A DNA stretch of 64,000 nucleotides from Squalus acanthias (taxonomy: Eukaryota), in the NCBI GenBank assembly GCA_030390025.1, contig CM059432.1, forward strand, positions 100,690,001-100,754,000. The letters run 5' to 3'. This document shows, piece by piece, positions 40,334 to 53,039 of this stretch. The position numbers were made by a program, and so were the translations under genes. The notes below the pieces were generated by a model that saw only the letters and a program-made list of their open reading frames with translations, had not been told where the DNA came from and did no database searches. Positions within the stretch are counted from its first letter, which is position 1. Every line of letters begins with the position of its first letter.

Positions 40334-42849
40334 TGGTACCATAGTGGTAATGTCACTGGGCTAGTAATCAAAAGGCCTGGACCAATGATCCAGAGACATG
40401 AGTTCAAATCCCACCACGGCAGCTGGGGAATTTAAATTCAGTTAATTAAATAAATCTGGAATAAAAAGCTAGTATCAGTAATGGTAACCATGAAACTATC
40501 GGATTGTCGTAAAAACCCATCTAGTTCACTAATGTCCTTTAGGGAAGGAAATCTGCCGTCCTTACCTGGTCTGGCCTATATGTGACTCTTAACTGCCCTC
40601 TGAAATGGCCTAGCAAGCCACTCAGTTGTAACAAACCACTACGAAACACAGTAAGAATGAGACCGGACGGACCACCAGGCATCGACCTCGGCACCGACTA
40701 CGGACATGGCAATGGCACACCCAGCCCAGTCGACCCTGCAAAGACTTGTGCCAAAATTGGGAGAGCTGTCCCACAGACTAGTCAAGCAACAGCCTGACAT
40801 AGTCATACTCACAGAATCATACCTTTCAGCCAATGTCCCAAACTCCTCCATCACCATCCCTGGGTTCGTCCTGTCCCATCGACAGGACAGACCCACCAGA
40901 GGCAGTGGTATACAGTCGGGAAGGAGTGGCCCTGGGAGTCCTCAACATTGACTCCGGACCCCATGAAGTCTCATGTCTTCAGGGCAAGCATGAGCAAGGA
41001 AACTTCCTGTTGATTACCTCATACCGCCCTCCCTCAGCTGATAAATCAGTACTCCTCCATGTTGAACACCATTTGGAAGAAGCACTGAGAGTAGCAAGAG
41101 CTCAGAATGTACTCTGGGTGGGGGACTTCCATGTCCATCACCAAGAGTGGCTCGGTAGCACCACTACTGACCGAGCTGGCTGAGTCCTGAAGGACATAGC
41201 TGCCAGTCTGGGCCTGCGACAGGTGGTGAAAGAACCAACACGAGGGAAAAACCTACTTGACCTCGTCCTCACCAATCTACCTGTCGCAGATGCATCTGTC
41301 ATGACAGTATTGGTAGCAGTGACCACCGCACAGCAAAGGTTATGGGCCCCGACAACATCCCGGCTATCATGCTGAAAACTTGTGCTCCAGAACTGTTCTC
41401 TAGCCAAGCTGTTCCAGTGCAGCTACAACACTGGCATCTATCCGACAATGTGGAAAACTGCCCAGGTATGTACTGTCCACAAAAAGCAGGACAAATCCAG
41501 TCCGGCCCATCAGTCTACTCTCAATCATCAGCAAAGTGATGGATGGTGTCGTCGACAGTGGTACCAAGCAGCACTTACTCACCAATAGCCTGCTCACGGA
41601 TTCCCAGTTTGGGTTCCGCCAAGACCATTCGGCTCCCGACCTCATTTCAGCCTTGGTCCAAACATGGACAAAGGAGCTGAATTCCAGAGGTGAGGTGAGA
41701 GTAACTGCCTTTGATATCAAGGCAGCATTTGACTGGGTGTGGCATCAAGGAGCCCTCGTAAAATTGAAGTCAATGGGAATCGGGGGGGAAAACGCTCCAC
41801 TGGCTGGAGTCATACCTAGCACAAAGGAAGATGGTTGTGGTGGTTGAAGGTCAATCATCACAGCCCCAGGACATTGCTGTAGGAGTTCCTCAGAGCAGTG
41901 TCCTAGGCCCAACCACCTTCAGCTGCTTCATCAATGACCTTCCCTCCAACATAAGGTCAGAAATGGGGATGTTCGCTGATGACTGCACAGTGTCCAGTGC
42001 CATTTGCAACTCCTCAGATAATGAAGCAGTCCATTCCCGCATGCAAAAAGACCTGGACAACGTTTAGGCTTGGGCTGATAACTGTCAGGTAACATTCGCA
42101 CCACAGAAGTGCCAGGCAATGACTATCTCCAACAAGCAAGAGTCTAACCGCCGCCCCTAGACATTCAAAGGCATTAGCATCGCCGAATCCCCCACCATCA
42201 ACATCCTGGGGGTCACTATTGACCAGAAACTTAACTGGACCAGCCAGATAAATACTGTGGCAACAAGAGCAGGTCACAGGCTAGGTATTCTGCAGCGAGC
42301 GTCTCACCTCCTGACTCCCCAAAGCCTTTCCACCATCTACAAGGCGGTGTACTCATAAGGAGTATGATGGAATACTCTCCACTTGCCTGGATGAGTGCAG
42401 CTCCAACAGCACTCAAGAAGCTCGACACCATCCAGGACAAAGCAGCCCGCTTGATTGGCACCCCATGCACCACCTTAAACATTTACTCCCTCCACCACCG
42501 GCGCACCGTGGCTGCAGTGTGTACCATCTACAAGATGCACTGCAGCAACTCACCAAGGCTTCTTCGGCAGCACCTCCCAAACCTGCGGCCTCTACCACCT
42601 AGAAGGACAAGGGCAGCAGGCTTATGGGAACACCACCAAGTTACACACCATCCTGACTTGGAAATATATCGCCGAACTTTCATCGTCGCTGGGTCAAAAT
42701 CCTGGAACTCCCTACCTAACAGCACTGTGGGAGTACCTTCACCACACGAACTGCAGCGGTTCAAGAAGGCGGCTCACGACCACCTTCTCAAGGGCAACTA
42801 GGGATGGACAATAAATGCTGGACTTGCCAGCGATGCCCACATCCCATAA
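40334..42849 (+). mobile_element. tRNA-headed APE-RT LINE with intact 5' end and an internal deletion of about 0.65 kb
   Basis: A box TACCATAGTGG (40337-40347) and B box GAGTTCAAATCC (40400-40411), then APE (VILTESYL, WVGDF) and RT (QFGFR, FADD). Deletion junction near 41333 relative to the 25892 copy. Confidence 0.9.
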
Positions 42850-43452
42850 GCAGGCAGAGGCCCACGTATCCCAGGGGCTCAGGCGGTTCACAAGCACCCC
42901 TGGGATCATGTGGGCCGGCCCAACCAATAAAAGAAGGGAATCCCCATTCATACTTATGGGAGTTCCCATAAGTATGAATGGGAATCGCTTAAAAAATACA
43001 CGAACACATGAAATACATTTTAAAAACTACTAAATTTAATTAAAATGCCAATTAATTAAATATTTTAAACAAAAATGTAATTGTTTTGAAAAAAATTTTT
43101 TATGTTTTAACGGGGCTAAAAATAAACTTACCTTATTGGACAGGGTTTTTCATGTATAAATGAGTGATAAAATTTTATTTTTCTATTTTTTTAAACTCTT
43201 ATGCTGGTAAAAGCAGGCCTTACGCCTGCTTTTACCAGGCGTAAGAATTTCATGGGCATTCAGCGGGCAGAAGTTGGGCAAATAGCGCAACTCTCCACCC
43301 GTGGAGGCCCTTTTCCCTGGGATGCAGATGATCTGAATTCTTGACAGATCGCAAGTTCCAGGTTTTAGCGCATGCCTAAACCCAGAACTTGCGCGGCCCC
43401 TATGGGCGCTTACACACCTCGTACGTACCCGTAGGGGTCGCAAATACGGCCC
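42850..43452. mobile_element. Harbinger-type MITE, right portion
   Basis: Ends CGCAAATACGGCCC; contains internal hairpins; left end not found. Confidence 0.5.
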
Positions 43453-45083
43453 ACTGAGATTCTAAGGAATTAATTTATTGTGTATGGTTTTCAATATCAA
43501 TATGTGCAAAAAAATCTGCATAAAAAGAATAGTGACTGTACATTACATTGCCTTTCAGAAGCAATCATCCCAGAAAAATCATAGACCAAAAATAATTTGG
43601 GGCCTGTGAGTAACTTAGATCTCCCTGTAGATTACTGTACATGTTTTTTCTTTTCTTATTAATGGGTTGAAATTAAGCTCTATTACATTAATGCATTTTG
43701 TATGATATTCCTCTGCCTGTTATTTGATTAAGGAGTTAATACATTTACAATAAAAGGCTATCATCTTTGTTAAAATAATGAACTAAGGAATATAATATGA
43801 ACATGTTCATGACTAATATCATAATTTTAACACATATTTTTCCCAAATATGCCACAGTTTTGTTGCCAGGAGGTTTTGTGGTTAAGGAGTGGGTATATGG
43901 TGTGCCTGGTTGCCCCATATCTAGATGAGGTGAAATTCATGTTTTTCCCCCATCATTTTCACATGTATTTTAACCACTTGAGTGCTGACAAACTATTTTT
44001 ATTCTTCATTTTCTTTTAAAGTTCTACATACATGACATCTGTTATTTATATGCAATTTCACTGGCACCAAGCCAGTGCTGAATTCTCTACACACTGTGTC
44101 ACAATGTAAGCATTTATGGTTGGGCTATTCTCAAATGCTAAGTTTTGGATTGAAATTAACTGAAACCCTGGATAGCTTTGATCTGCAAAGCTCAAGTGTC
44201 CCAAACCTGCTGTCACTTCTGTAAAATCAGCTGGAGTCTGCCACACTGGAACAAGCAGAAACATAGCATTGACAGTGAAAAACAACACATGTTCTGGAGT
44301 ATGCTGTGCTTATTGGTGGCACCATCTGTCCACTTCTCTCATGTACAGCTCTCAACATGCCTGGTGTTTTGGAGGGTGGGGGTTGAATTAAGCAATACAA
44401 ATGTTGGTACACTATTTATAAGAGGGGAATAACCATGTTTTGTGAGGAAGGGCACAAATCGTTCATTTCAAAGTTCCTTTTCTTCAACATGAAGTGTTTA
44501 TGTGTTGGAATATAACTTTCAATCATCTTTCAGCACAATGTTAAGTTCGTTTTGACTTTGCTTACATAAGTCATAATCAATTGATTCACAATGATGCTTT
44601 CTTATTTTAAAGGTCCTGTATTAAATTAATTTTTCCCTTTATTTCTGTGGGAAGATGGAAATTTAATACGTGAAGGAGAGCTCCTGAAGTCTAAAAATAA
44701 TGGAAGGGTACAACTTTTAAAGCATATTTGTCAAGAAACTATAATGAATATACTTTATTTTTAAATCAAACTAACAAACGCAAACTACTTAAGTAATCAG
44801 GAGATGAACAGAGTCAGTAAGAGCATCAACTGAAACTTACCAAAAGGAAACACTTCCACAGTATCAGAGACCTCTCTAGATTTGAATATATTCAATAGAT
44901 TCTTTCAGCCAGAGGCCAAAATAATTCTACATGTATTTTTCTAAACTTGCCAAATTGAATATACAAATGTGAAGAAACTAAATCAGAAAGAAAGCATATA
45001 TTGTGATGTTGATTAATTTTTATTTGTCAAGATGAGGGACGTCAGCATTGGGGAATAGAACACCTTCCAATTTCAGACACCTC

Positions 45084-46850
45084 AGCTGCGATTTTGCCGG
45101 CGCTCAGAGTGCGGGTTGGAGGCGGATCCGCTGCCAAAATCGAAATGATTGACAGCGGATTGGGATCCAGCTCCGAACTCGCCTCCATGTAAGTTTCCAA
45201 AGTGTCGGGTCTGCGATTCCAGAACAGACCTGACACCAAGCGGCGGGGGAGGCATTTAAGATAGTTAAATGCCTGTTAAATACTTGTTAACTACTATTTT
45301 GCCAGCCTATTTCTATTTTCCCACTTTTTTAATCGGGGTTCACGTCGGTTGGAGAGTATGTAGGTCGGGTTCTCTATGTCTCCCCATTGCTGTGAATAAG
45401 TGGCAGCTGCAAAAAGTGGTATGAAAGCTACTATTTCACAGCTGGTCACTTTCCAATGTCAGAAGCTTGAGCCTTCAGGACTTGGAAGACACTTTTCAGC
45501 TGTATACAGTTTGGAAATGTTTGGAGTAAACTCTCCATCCACTGTCACCTCCTTGGAGCAAGCTCTCTCACCATCGACAGATCGCTTCTGTCATCTTAAC
45601 TTCAGCTGCCGTCTATTCCAGCAACATCAGTGCCCTTGAAAATATCTCACCTTGGTCCTCTGAATCCCTCCACGATCAGCCCCAACATCAACATCACCAG
45701 GCACACCAGCAGCACCAACAACAATACCAACCTTCTCCGCAATCACCTGCTGCTGCACAGGACACAGGGCATCAGCACCCAACAGCATTGCTGCCCAGGA
45801 GGCCAGCGATGACATCACCATGGCCAGATTTACTTCACTTGACGCTGTACACCCTGGCTGCCACATGATGCGCCAGGTTGACACCACCCCACACCAGCAC
45901 CATAAAGCATTCCTACAATGTCCAAGCCATTCCTTACACACTCATCACAATTGGGGGGGGAGGGGGAGTTATGTCTCAACATTCACTGGAACTCACTAAG
46001 ACACTTCCAAAGGTGAGCACAGATCTGTCCAATAAGGTAAAGTGTTGAAAATATAGATTTCAATGTTTGACAACACATTAACAGAAACTTCACATGAATA
46101 TTGGCTAAACCACCCAGGTGCCTACCCTTGTGTGTTGTTAGTTCGAATGCTTGCAGTAGGTTGGGGGTGAATGTGAGGGGTGGCTAGTGAGATGGGGAAG
46201 TGATAATGTAGATAGAGAGGGATGGGTGGAGGTGCAATGTAAGTTGGTGTGAATAAGGATGTGCAGGATTAGGGTAGGGAAGGCAGAGTGATGTGGATGT
46301 GATGATTGGCACAGTAGGATGAGGTTTTGTGTGGCTTGGCAGTAACATTTTGTGATCTGCTCAGATCATTGAAAGGTTTGTGCCACTGCAGCCAGGTCCT
46401 TCTGACGACATCCCTGCTTGTGCCCTCCTGTGCAACCAGGCTGCGTTGGTCTCCTGGGGAGGTCTCTTCTGCCCATTGGAAGGGAAGAGAACCTCCCTGC
46501 ATACTGTGACTCCCTCCATAAGCATATGGAGGGAGTCATGGGAGAGCCTGGGTGCAGCCGTACACCTTTGTGCAGTGCTTGGCAGTGTTTGCAGCACCTC
46601 AATGCTGTAGAACACTGACAGCACAACTGTCAAGATCAAGTTTGAGATGGCCCATTTAAGGAAATCGGCTGATGACACATCATCAAATGACGTCATCAGA
46701 CCCGCTTCCTATTAATTGGCTGGGAACCTCGCAGGGCGGACTTAACAAGCCCTATTAACGAAAAATCGCTTGGAGAGTGTGTGCTGCAGTAGGTAGCGGG
46801 CTGGGACCGCGACACCAACTCCGGCCGCCCCGGTCGGCAAAATTGTGGTC
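45084..46850. mobile_element. Internally deleted Harbinger element retaining a decayed minus-strand Myb/SANT exon
   Basis: TIRs AGCTGCGATTTTGCCGG and CGGCAAAATTGTGGTC with TSD CTC. Minus-strand APRLSHDSLHMLMEGV..REVLFP / RTWLQWHKPFNDL at about 46350-46580. Confidence 0.82.
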
Positions 46851-46855
46851 CTCAT

Positions 46856-46953
46856 ATCAGCATTGGGGAATAGAACACTTTCCCAGTTCAGGCACCTTGT
46901 ATCAGCATTGGGGAATAGAACACTTTCCCAGTTCAGGCACCTTGTATCAGCAT
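46856..46953. repeat. 45-bp minisatellite (two identical copies plus a partial; a diverged copy at 45041-45083)
   Basis: Unit ATCAGCATTGGGGAATAGAACACTTTCCCAGTTCAGGCACCTTGT at 46856 and 46901. Confidence 0.9.
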
Positions 46954-47297
46954 GAAGCACACCCTGATCGGATTTCACACAGTCACATGGCGATTAAAAT
47001 TCCCCTTACGCTGCCCTACAATCTGTTTTATCCTCAGCATCAGAACAGCACGCTCTACTACACCGGTGTGACTTTTCCAGTTCTGAGAACAGCATCTTTA
47101 CAAGATAATTGAATGGGGCAGTGAAGTAATGTTACCATGTACTGAATTCTGAGTAATGTTGAGTTGACCGGAAATAGTTTCACTCAGAACCCTAACAGCC
47201 ACCAATGTAGTCTTTCCTACTATCTGTCTGACCTCGATTTCAACCCTATACCTTAGTTGGGACAATGACAGAGAACTCATCTACTGTAAAAGTAAAC

Positions 47298-48450
47298 GAA
47301 CTTGCATTTATATCATGCCTTGCACAACCTCAGGACATCACAAAGCGCTTTAAAGCCAATTAAGTACTTTTGAAGTGTAGTCACTGTTGTAATATAGGAA
47401 ACATGGCAGTCAGTTTGCGCACAGCAAGGTCCCACAAACAGCAATGTGATAATGAACAGATAGGGGGCTAAATTCAGTTGATTTGCGCCTCCCGTTAGCA
47501 CCCTAAGAGGGCGCTAACGGGGCACAAATCAACTAGCACCTGGGCGCGGCGCCGCTAACGCCTCCCACGAAATTCAGTGGGAGGTTAGCGGCGGCGCTAA
47601 CCATTAGCAGTGCTGCGCCGCCGGCGATGATGTCATCGGCGTGCACAGCGCCCCGCTCGTGCCCCGGCTGTAATATTGAGTGGCGCCCCCCCGACTTACC
47701 GCCGGACGCTATGTCCGCCGGGGTCATGGGGGCCTACCTGCAGCCGGGGCGGCGCTAGTTAAAGGGGAGGTGGCGGGTGGCCATTTTTGTTGCTGGCCGC
47801 CTGCCAACCGTTGCTGTCCCCGGCCCCCGTGAAGACCCCCACCCCCGCGGTGTGGCGGCTGCTCTCCATGAGCCCGGCACTCCTTGAGTGCCGGGTTCAT
47901 TTGCTGGCACTCCTGATCCCTGGTGGCCCAGTTGGGTGCCGGGATGCGCTACGCCAGGTCCCTCCCCTTTAATAAGGGGAGGAAGGCCTGCAGTACCATG
48001 GCGCGAGGCGCCGCGATATTGGCTCGCAGCGCCCCAAGAGGGATGCGGGGCGCTTCCAGTGTCGCCCCTCCTCCCTCTCGGGGCGCTACCTGGGAAAATC
48101 GGCCGCGGGGGTGCTAACTTTTTCGGGGTCAGAGGGGGCGCTACCCAATTTTTACCCCATAATCATTTTTTAGTGATGATGGTTGAAAATGAAGATTGAC
48201 CAGGATTTCGAGGAGGACTACCCTGCTCTTTGAATAGTACCATGGGATCTTTTACATCCACCTGAGAAGGCAGATGGGGCCTCTGTTTAACGTCTCATCT
48301 GAAAGACGGCACCTCCGACAGTGCAGCACTCCCTCAGTAATGCACTGGAATGTCAGCCTAGATTAGGTGCTCAAATCTCTGAAGTGGGACTTGAACCTAC
48401 AACCTTCTAACTCAGAGGTGAGAGTGCTACCGCTGAGCCTTGGCTGACTG
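47298..48450 (-). mobile_element. Deu-domain tRNA-SINE interrupted by a MITE
   Basis: tRNA head at about 48380-48448 (minus strand GGCTCAGCGGTAGCAC..GGTTCAAGTCC), Deu body, tail at about 47298. Confidence 0.82.
47463..48158. mobile_element. Harbinger MITE, CpG-rich, nested in the SINE
   Basis: TIRs GGGGGCTAAATT and AATTTTTACCCC with TSD ATA on both sides. Related to the ends of the 9379 Harbinger. Confidence 0.85.
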
Positions 48451-49380
48451 TACTACTAAGCTTACACTAAGCTCCGCAGAAGAATAATATTGTAAAAAAG
48501 AAACCATTGCTTCTGATTTGGGTCCATTTAATTAAAATAAGGTTCAAGGAGAAAAATACTACATGACAACCTGATGGAAAGCTGGAGGTGAAAAATGCAA
48601 GAAGAGCAATGAGGGTGACCATTTGGCCAATATTAGTGCTCATGGTTCCCCATCACTTCATCTAATTATCTTAAATGAAACAACACAGAAGACCATGCCA
48701 GATGTTGATCACCATTTGCATGAGCAAATTCTTCCTGACATCAGTCCTAAATTATTCTTTCATCAGTTTTAATCTATTGCTCTTTGTTCTACTGCCTTGG
48801 CTTAACTTGCAGTAATACTCAGGAATTACCTTGGGTTTTAAATATTCATTAACAAATTAAGTACAGTCTTTAAACAAGCTGACATCCATATTTAGATGTT
48901 CAAGCTTGCTTGCTACAATACCTGCTGTCAATTTTGGTAAAAGTAGCTGAAATTTGCCTAGTGTCAGGTGAAGGTGACACAATGACATTTACTTACAATG
49001 TTTTCCGACTTAAATCACGACATCGTTTTACTTGTTTGCAAAAATGGTTAAAAAAAAAACTTGGCTTATTTTTCATGCAATGACCAATGTTAATATGCTT
49101 CCAGAAATTTGAAAAGATCCAGGAATCTGCATAGCCGTATCAAACGTTTGAGAGTATCAGTTACAATTCAGTGTCAAAAGTATGTAAATAAAAGGGAAAG
49201 GCGATCATTTCATGCTTTTTTTCTGACCCACAGCACCTTCCAATCTGCAAACATTTCCCACCAGACAGCAATTAAACTCTGATTGACACCTTACGCTGAG
49301 TTTAATTACATCAATGAGGCATTCTACCCTTAAAGGGCCAGGCCTACTTAAATATAACTCTACTGTAATAGCAATATAGC

Positions 49381-49951
49381 GGGGCTATTTTTGACCCATT
49401 TTTGGGCAGGAATGGGTGGTAGCAGAACAAAAATCACGGGGCTAAACTTACCCTATTGCTACTCCTGATCCACCCATCAGAAATTTCCATTGAACCCTGA
49501 TGCAATTTACAGGTATCAATGGTGCAGAGCTTATACCATGCGCCCTCTGCCTATTAGTACTGGGCGTTGATCGGTCTAACCAGCGGTCCTTAAAGGTACC
49601 GCTGCAGGCCGCTCCAAACTGACACAAGGTTCTGTTTGTTTTTTTATAATGCTCCTGCTGGCCCCACAAAAATCTTCTGGCCCACTAATGGTCCATCCAT
49701 GTTATCTCCTGTGATTTCCTTCTTCTCTGAACATTGAATATCCAGCTTGGCTCCGAAGTGGAGCAGCAGAATTTCCCCTCACCTTCTGACTGGAAAGCTG
49801 GCTGTCAGTGCTGGTTGAGTGTTCATGGCTCGCCACCATTACGCAGATAAGGCCCCACCATCAAAATGGCTCATGTCTCTCATGAGGATAGCAGGTGGCC
49901 GGTGCAATTGCACCACATGCCTAATGCCTACAGAAGGTGAAAATCAGTCCC
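49381..49951. mobile_element. Harbinger-type MITE, old
   Basis: Ends GGGGCTATTTTT and GAAAATCAGTCCC; similar to the 58676 element. Confidence 0.5.
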
Positions 49952-49954
49952 ATT

Positions 49955-50957
49955 GGGCAGGATTTTAACATGGAGGTGGGTAGGGTGCGGGTAGGCTGGA
50001 TTGCGTTCGGGAAACACGGGAGAACAGGTTTCCCTCAGGCCCTGCCGAATATGATGGCAGGCCTGATTAACATTTTGTTCTCTGTTTCCTGCCCGCAGCC
50101 AGCCAGATTGAGAGGCTGGCTGGCTGCCGGGCAGGGAGGCCTGCGACACCAGGCTACAGACGGGGAGCAGAGCGGAGGGAGGGAGGGATCGGAGGCTGGA
50201 TGGGAGGGAGGGTCGGGGACTGGGGAGCGGAGGGGGTCAGAAGGCCGGAGATCTGAGGGGGCCGGAGATCGGGGGGGGAGGGCAGCGGAAGGCTGGGATC
50301 TGAGTGGGTTGGAATGTCGGAGATCGGGTCGGCAGGGGGGGGGTGGGTGGGGAGGTTAGAAGGCTGGGATCAGAGGGGGTTGGAATGTCGGAGATCGGGG
50401 AGGTTGGAAGGCTGGGATCAGAGGGGGTCGGAAGGCCTGGATTGGAGGGGGTCGGAGATCAGGGGATCGGAAATCAGAAAGTTGGTGGGTGGGGGGCGTG
50501 GGGGGGACGTCAGGGGCCGGTGATCTGAGGTCAGGATCAGAGTCCGGGGGCCAAGGATTGGCGGTCAGGGGGGGGGCGGTGGAGGTGGCAGGGCAGCCGG
50601 GGGCCAGGTTGGAAGGTCAGAGGGGGGTTCTGGGGCCGGATCCAGCAGGTTAGTGGAAAGGGACTTATCTCCTGGATCTACCAGACCTCACCTCCTTTTA
50701 GCCGGCGGGTTCCCTGAGGCCCAGGAAACCCGGTCACCCAGAGTTAAATTTAAAATGGTGCTTCCAAATGAGGCACGCAGCCTCATTATAATATTCATTG
50801 TGCCAACCCGCCTCCTGGGAATAGGTTGGCTGCCCGCCACCCGTCCCGCCTCCGGTAAAACCGGAAGTGGGCGGGTTGGGGTCGGGATTCAGATTTTTAA
50901 CACTTTAACTTCCCACCCGACCCAAACCTGCCCGTTTGTTGGGGTTAAAATTCCCCC
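49955..50957. mobile_element. Harbinger-type MITE, G-rich family
   Basis: TIRs GGGCAGGATTTTAAC and GTTAAAATTCCCCC, flanked by ATT/ATC; internal G-rich tandem repeats. Confidence 0.78.
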
Positions 50958-52480
50958 ATCGTGTGTAACACGCTAGAATGTTTTTGACATTATACAAAAG
51001 TATATGATTTACCATAATATGGGAGATTGCTAGTTTTAAAAAAAAACCTCAATATTATTATTCATCTTCAACTTAACTGAACATTAAAGCTCAGTGTTAG
51101 ACTAGAATGGTTTCAGCTGGTTTAAATTTATTCTCTCTGTTTGGCTGTCTCCTTTATAGCCATAGAATTTAAAATTGGGCTGGTTGGTTTATTTAAAACT
51201 TTCACAACAGTCGTCAACTGCATTGTCATACAATGCTGATGATATCAATTAACTGTTGCACGATGACCTCTATCTATGGTATCGAAATACATTACAACCT
51301 CAAATTAAAATGCTTTCAAAACAGATTTTTCCATTAAGCACCAGATTGCTAAATCTTCCAATGTTATTGGTGCTTTGTAACAGAAACTTCATTACCATAC
51401 TGAATCTTGTACACACTGTCAAACTTTTTGCATTTAATAAACATTAAATAAGTTTAAATATATCATCTTTACATTCAATAATTTAGTTTTTCCAGGCTCA
51501 GTGGTAAACCCAGTAGGCATGAAACACATAACTATTTTGCAATCATCATTTTTTATTAAATCTTCCTCATGTATTATAACATTCCCCTCTGGTAATAAGA
51601 GAGATAGAATAGTAATTTTCATTTAAAGTGGTTTGTAGCTATGCACATCATGAGGAACTAATTATTCCCTTATGAAAAGACAACATGTGTAATAAACAAA
51701 TAATGATATTCTCTTTAAACTAACTTTTCAGATTCCACAAAATATGTACATTTTCACCTCTAAATTCCAATTTTTTAAAACATTTCTTTGGTGTTCAAAC
51801 CTAAAGCGTAACTACCCATGAAACAGAAGGCAACATTATCAGAGTGATGACGTAATACAGGTGGCGTAGACTGAATCTTCAGTCCACCTTCTGAGCAGAT
51901 TTTATGAGGATTGTATTTCTAGCCTCCTGCAAGCCAATTATAGGAATCTGCACTATGGTTTAAACAGAAGGAGAGCCTATTTTTTAAGGATATGGGACAT
52001 TGTTGGCCTTTAGTGCAAGTGATTTTTTTCTCCCACAACATTTGGACAAATTCATTGTTGTACAGTACCTTGATGTAAATAACATTATGTGAGAGCTGTA
52101 TACAGTCCAAGTAACAGAGAAAATAAAACTGAAAGGGTAAATGTATGTCTTTGGCATGATGAGCATAAAGTAAGGAAATTTTGCTTTAAAGCAGTTTTAC
52201 ATAATCAAACATTCCACAGGAGCTCACTGTAATGGAGAAGATCTGTCTCTGGGCGGCCATGCAATTTTAGAAATAATTAAATGTTGGCTAGCTTATTGGC
52301 TGTCGATATGGAAGGATAGGATACGGATGTCACAAGCACTAAAACATTTGTGCTCAGAATTGTTTCATCACCTTAAAATTAAATTTAAAAAATTGGTTAT
52401 TCTAGAATTTAAGTGAAAAGGTATAAGATTCAAACTGACATACAAACATTATGAAATATTCAAATATCTTTGTCATATCA

Positions 52481-52717
<237 letters not shown>

Positions 52718-53039
52718 TCACATACACAGCACGGTAGTTACAGAGAACAAGGAAGGGTCATCCTTTCCTATCACATTATAAAATGGATTTAAACAACATC
52801 TGTTTAAATTGGAAGGCAATTAATAACTCCTGTGCCAAATGAAATAGCTGTAGAAATTATTTATCGCTCAGACCAGTCTTGTAAAAAAATTTCATGCAAA
52901 ACTTCAGCAATGACTGCTACTACGAATAAAAAATGAAACATTGGTGTGGCTATATCTGTAATGAATTGTGTATAATACAATTGGGTATTGTACTGTGCAA
53001 TTGGAGGAAATATCAAAAGCTATTTATTACACAATACTT

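Noticed and set aside
40334..40420. Functional tRNA gene
   Set aside because: It has A/B boxes but no convincing cloverleaf or downstream T-run, and it continues into retroelement sequence. The SINE heads at 20077 and about 48440 were rejected as tRNA genes because they also run into repeat bodies.
45041..46953. CRISPR-like direct repeats
   Set aside because: The 45-bp units are head-to-tail without unique spacers, there are no cas genes, and the context is a eukaryotic intron. It is a minisatellite.
47463..48158. CpG-island promoter of a nested gene
   Set aside because: The CpG richness is explained by a young MITE with TIRs and an ATA TSD.
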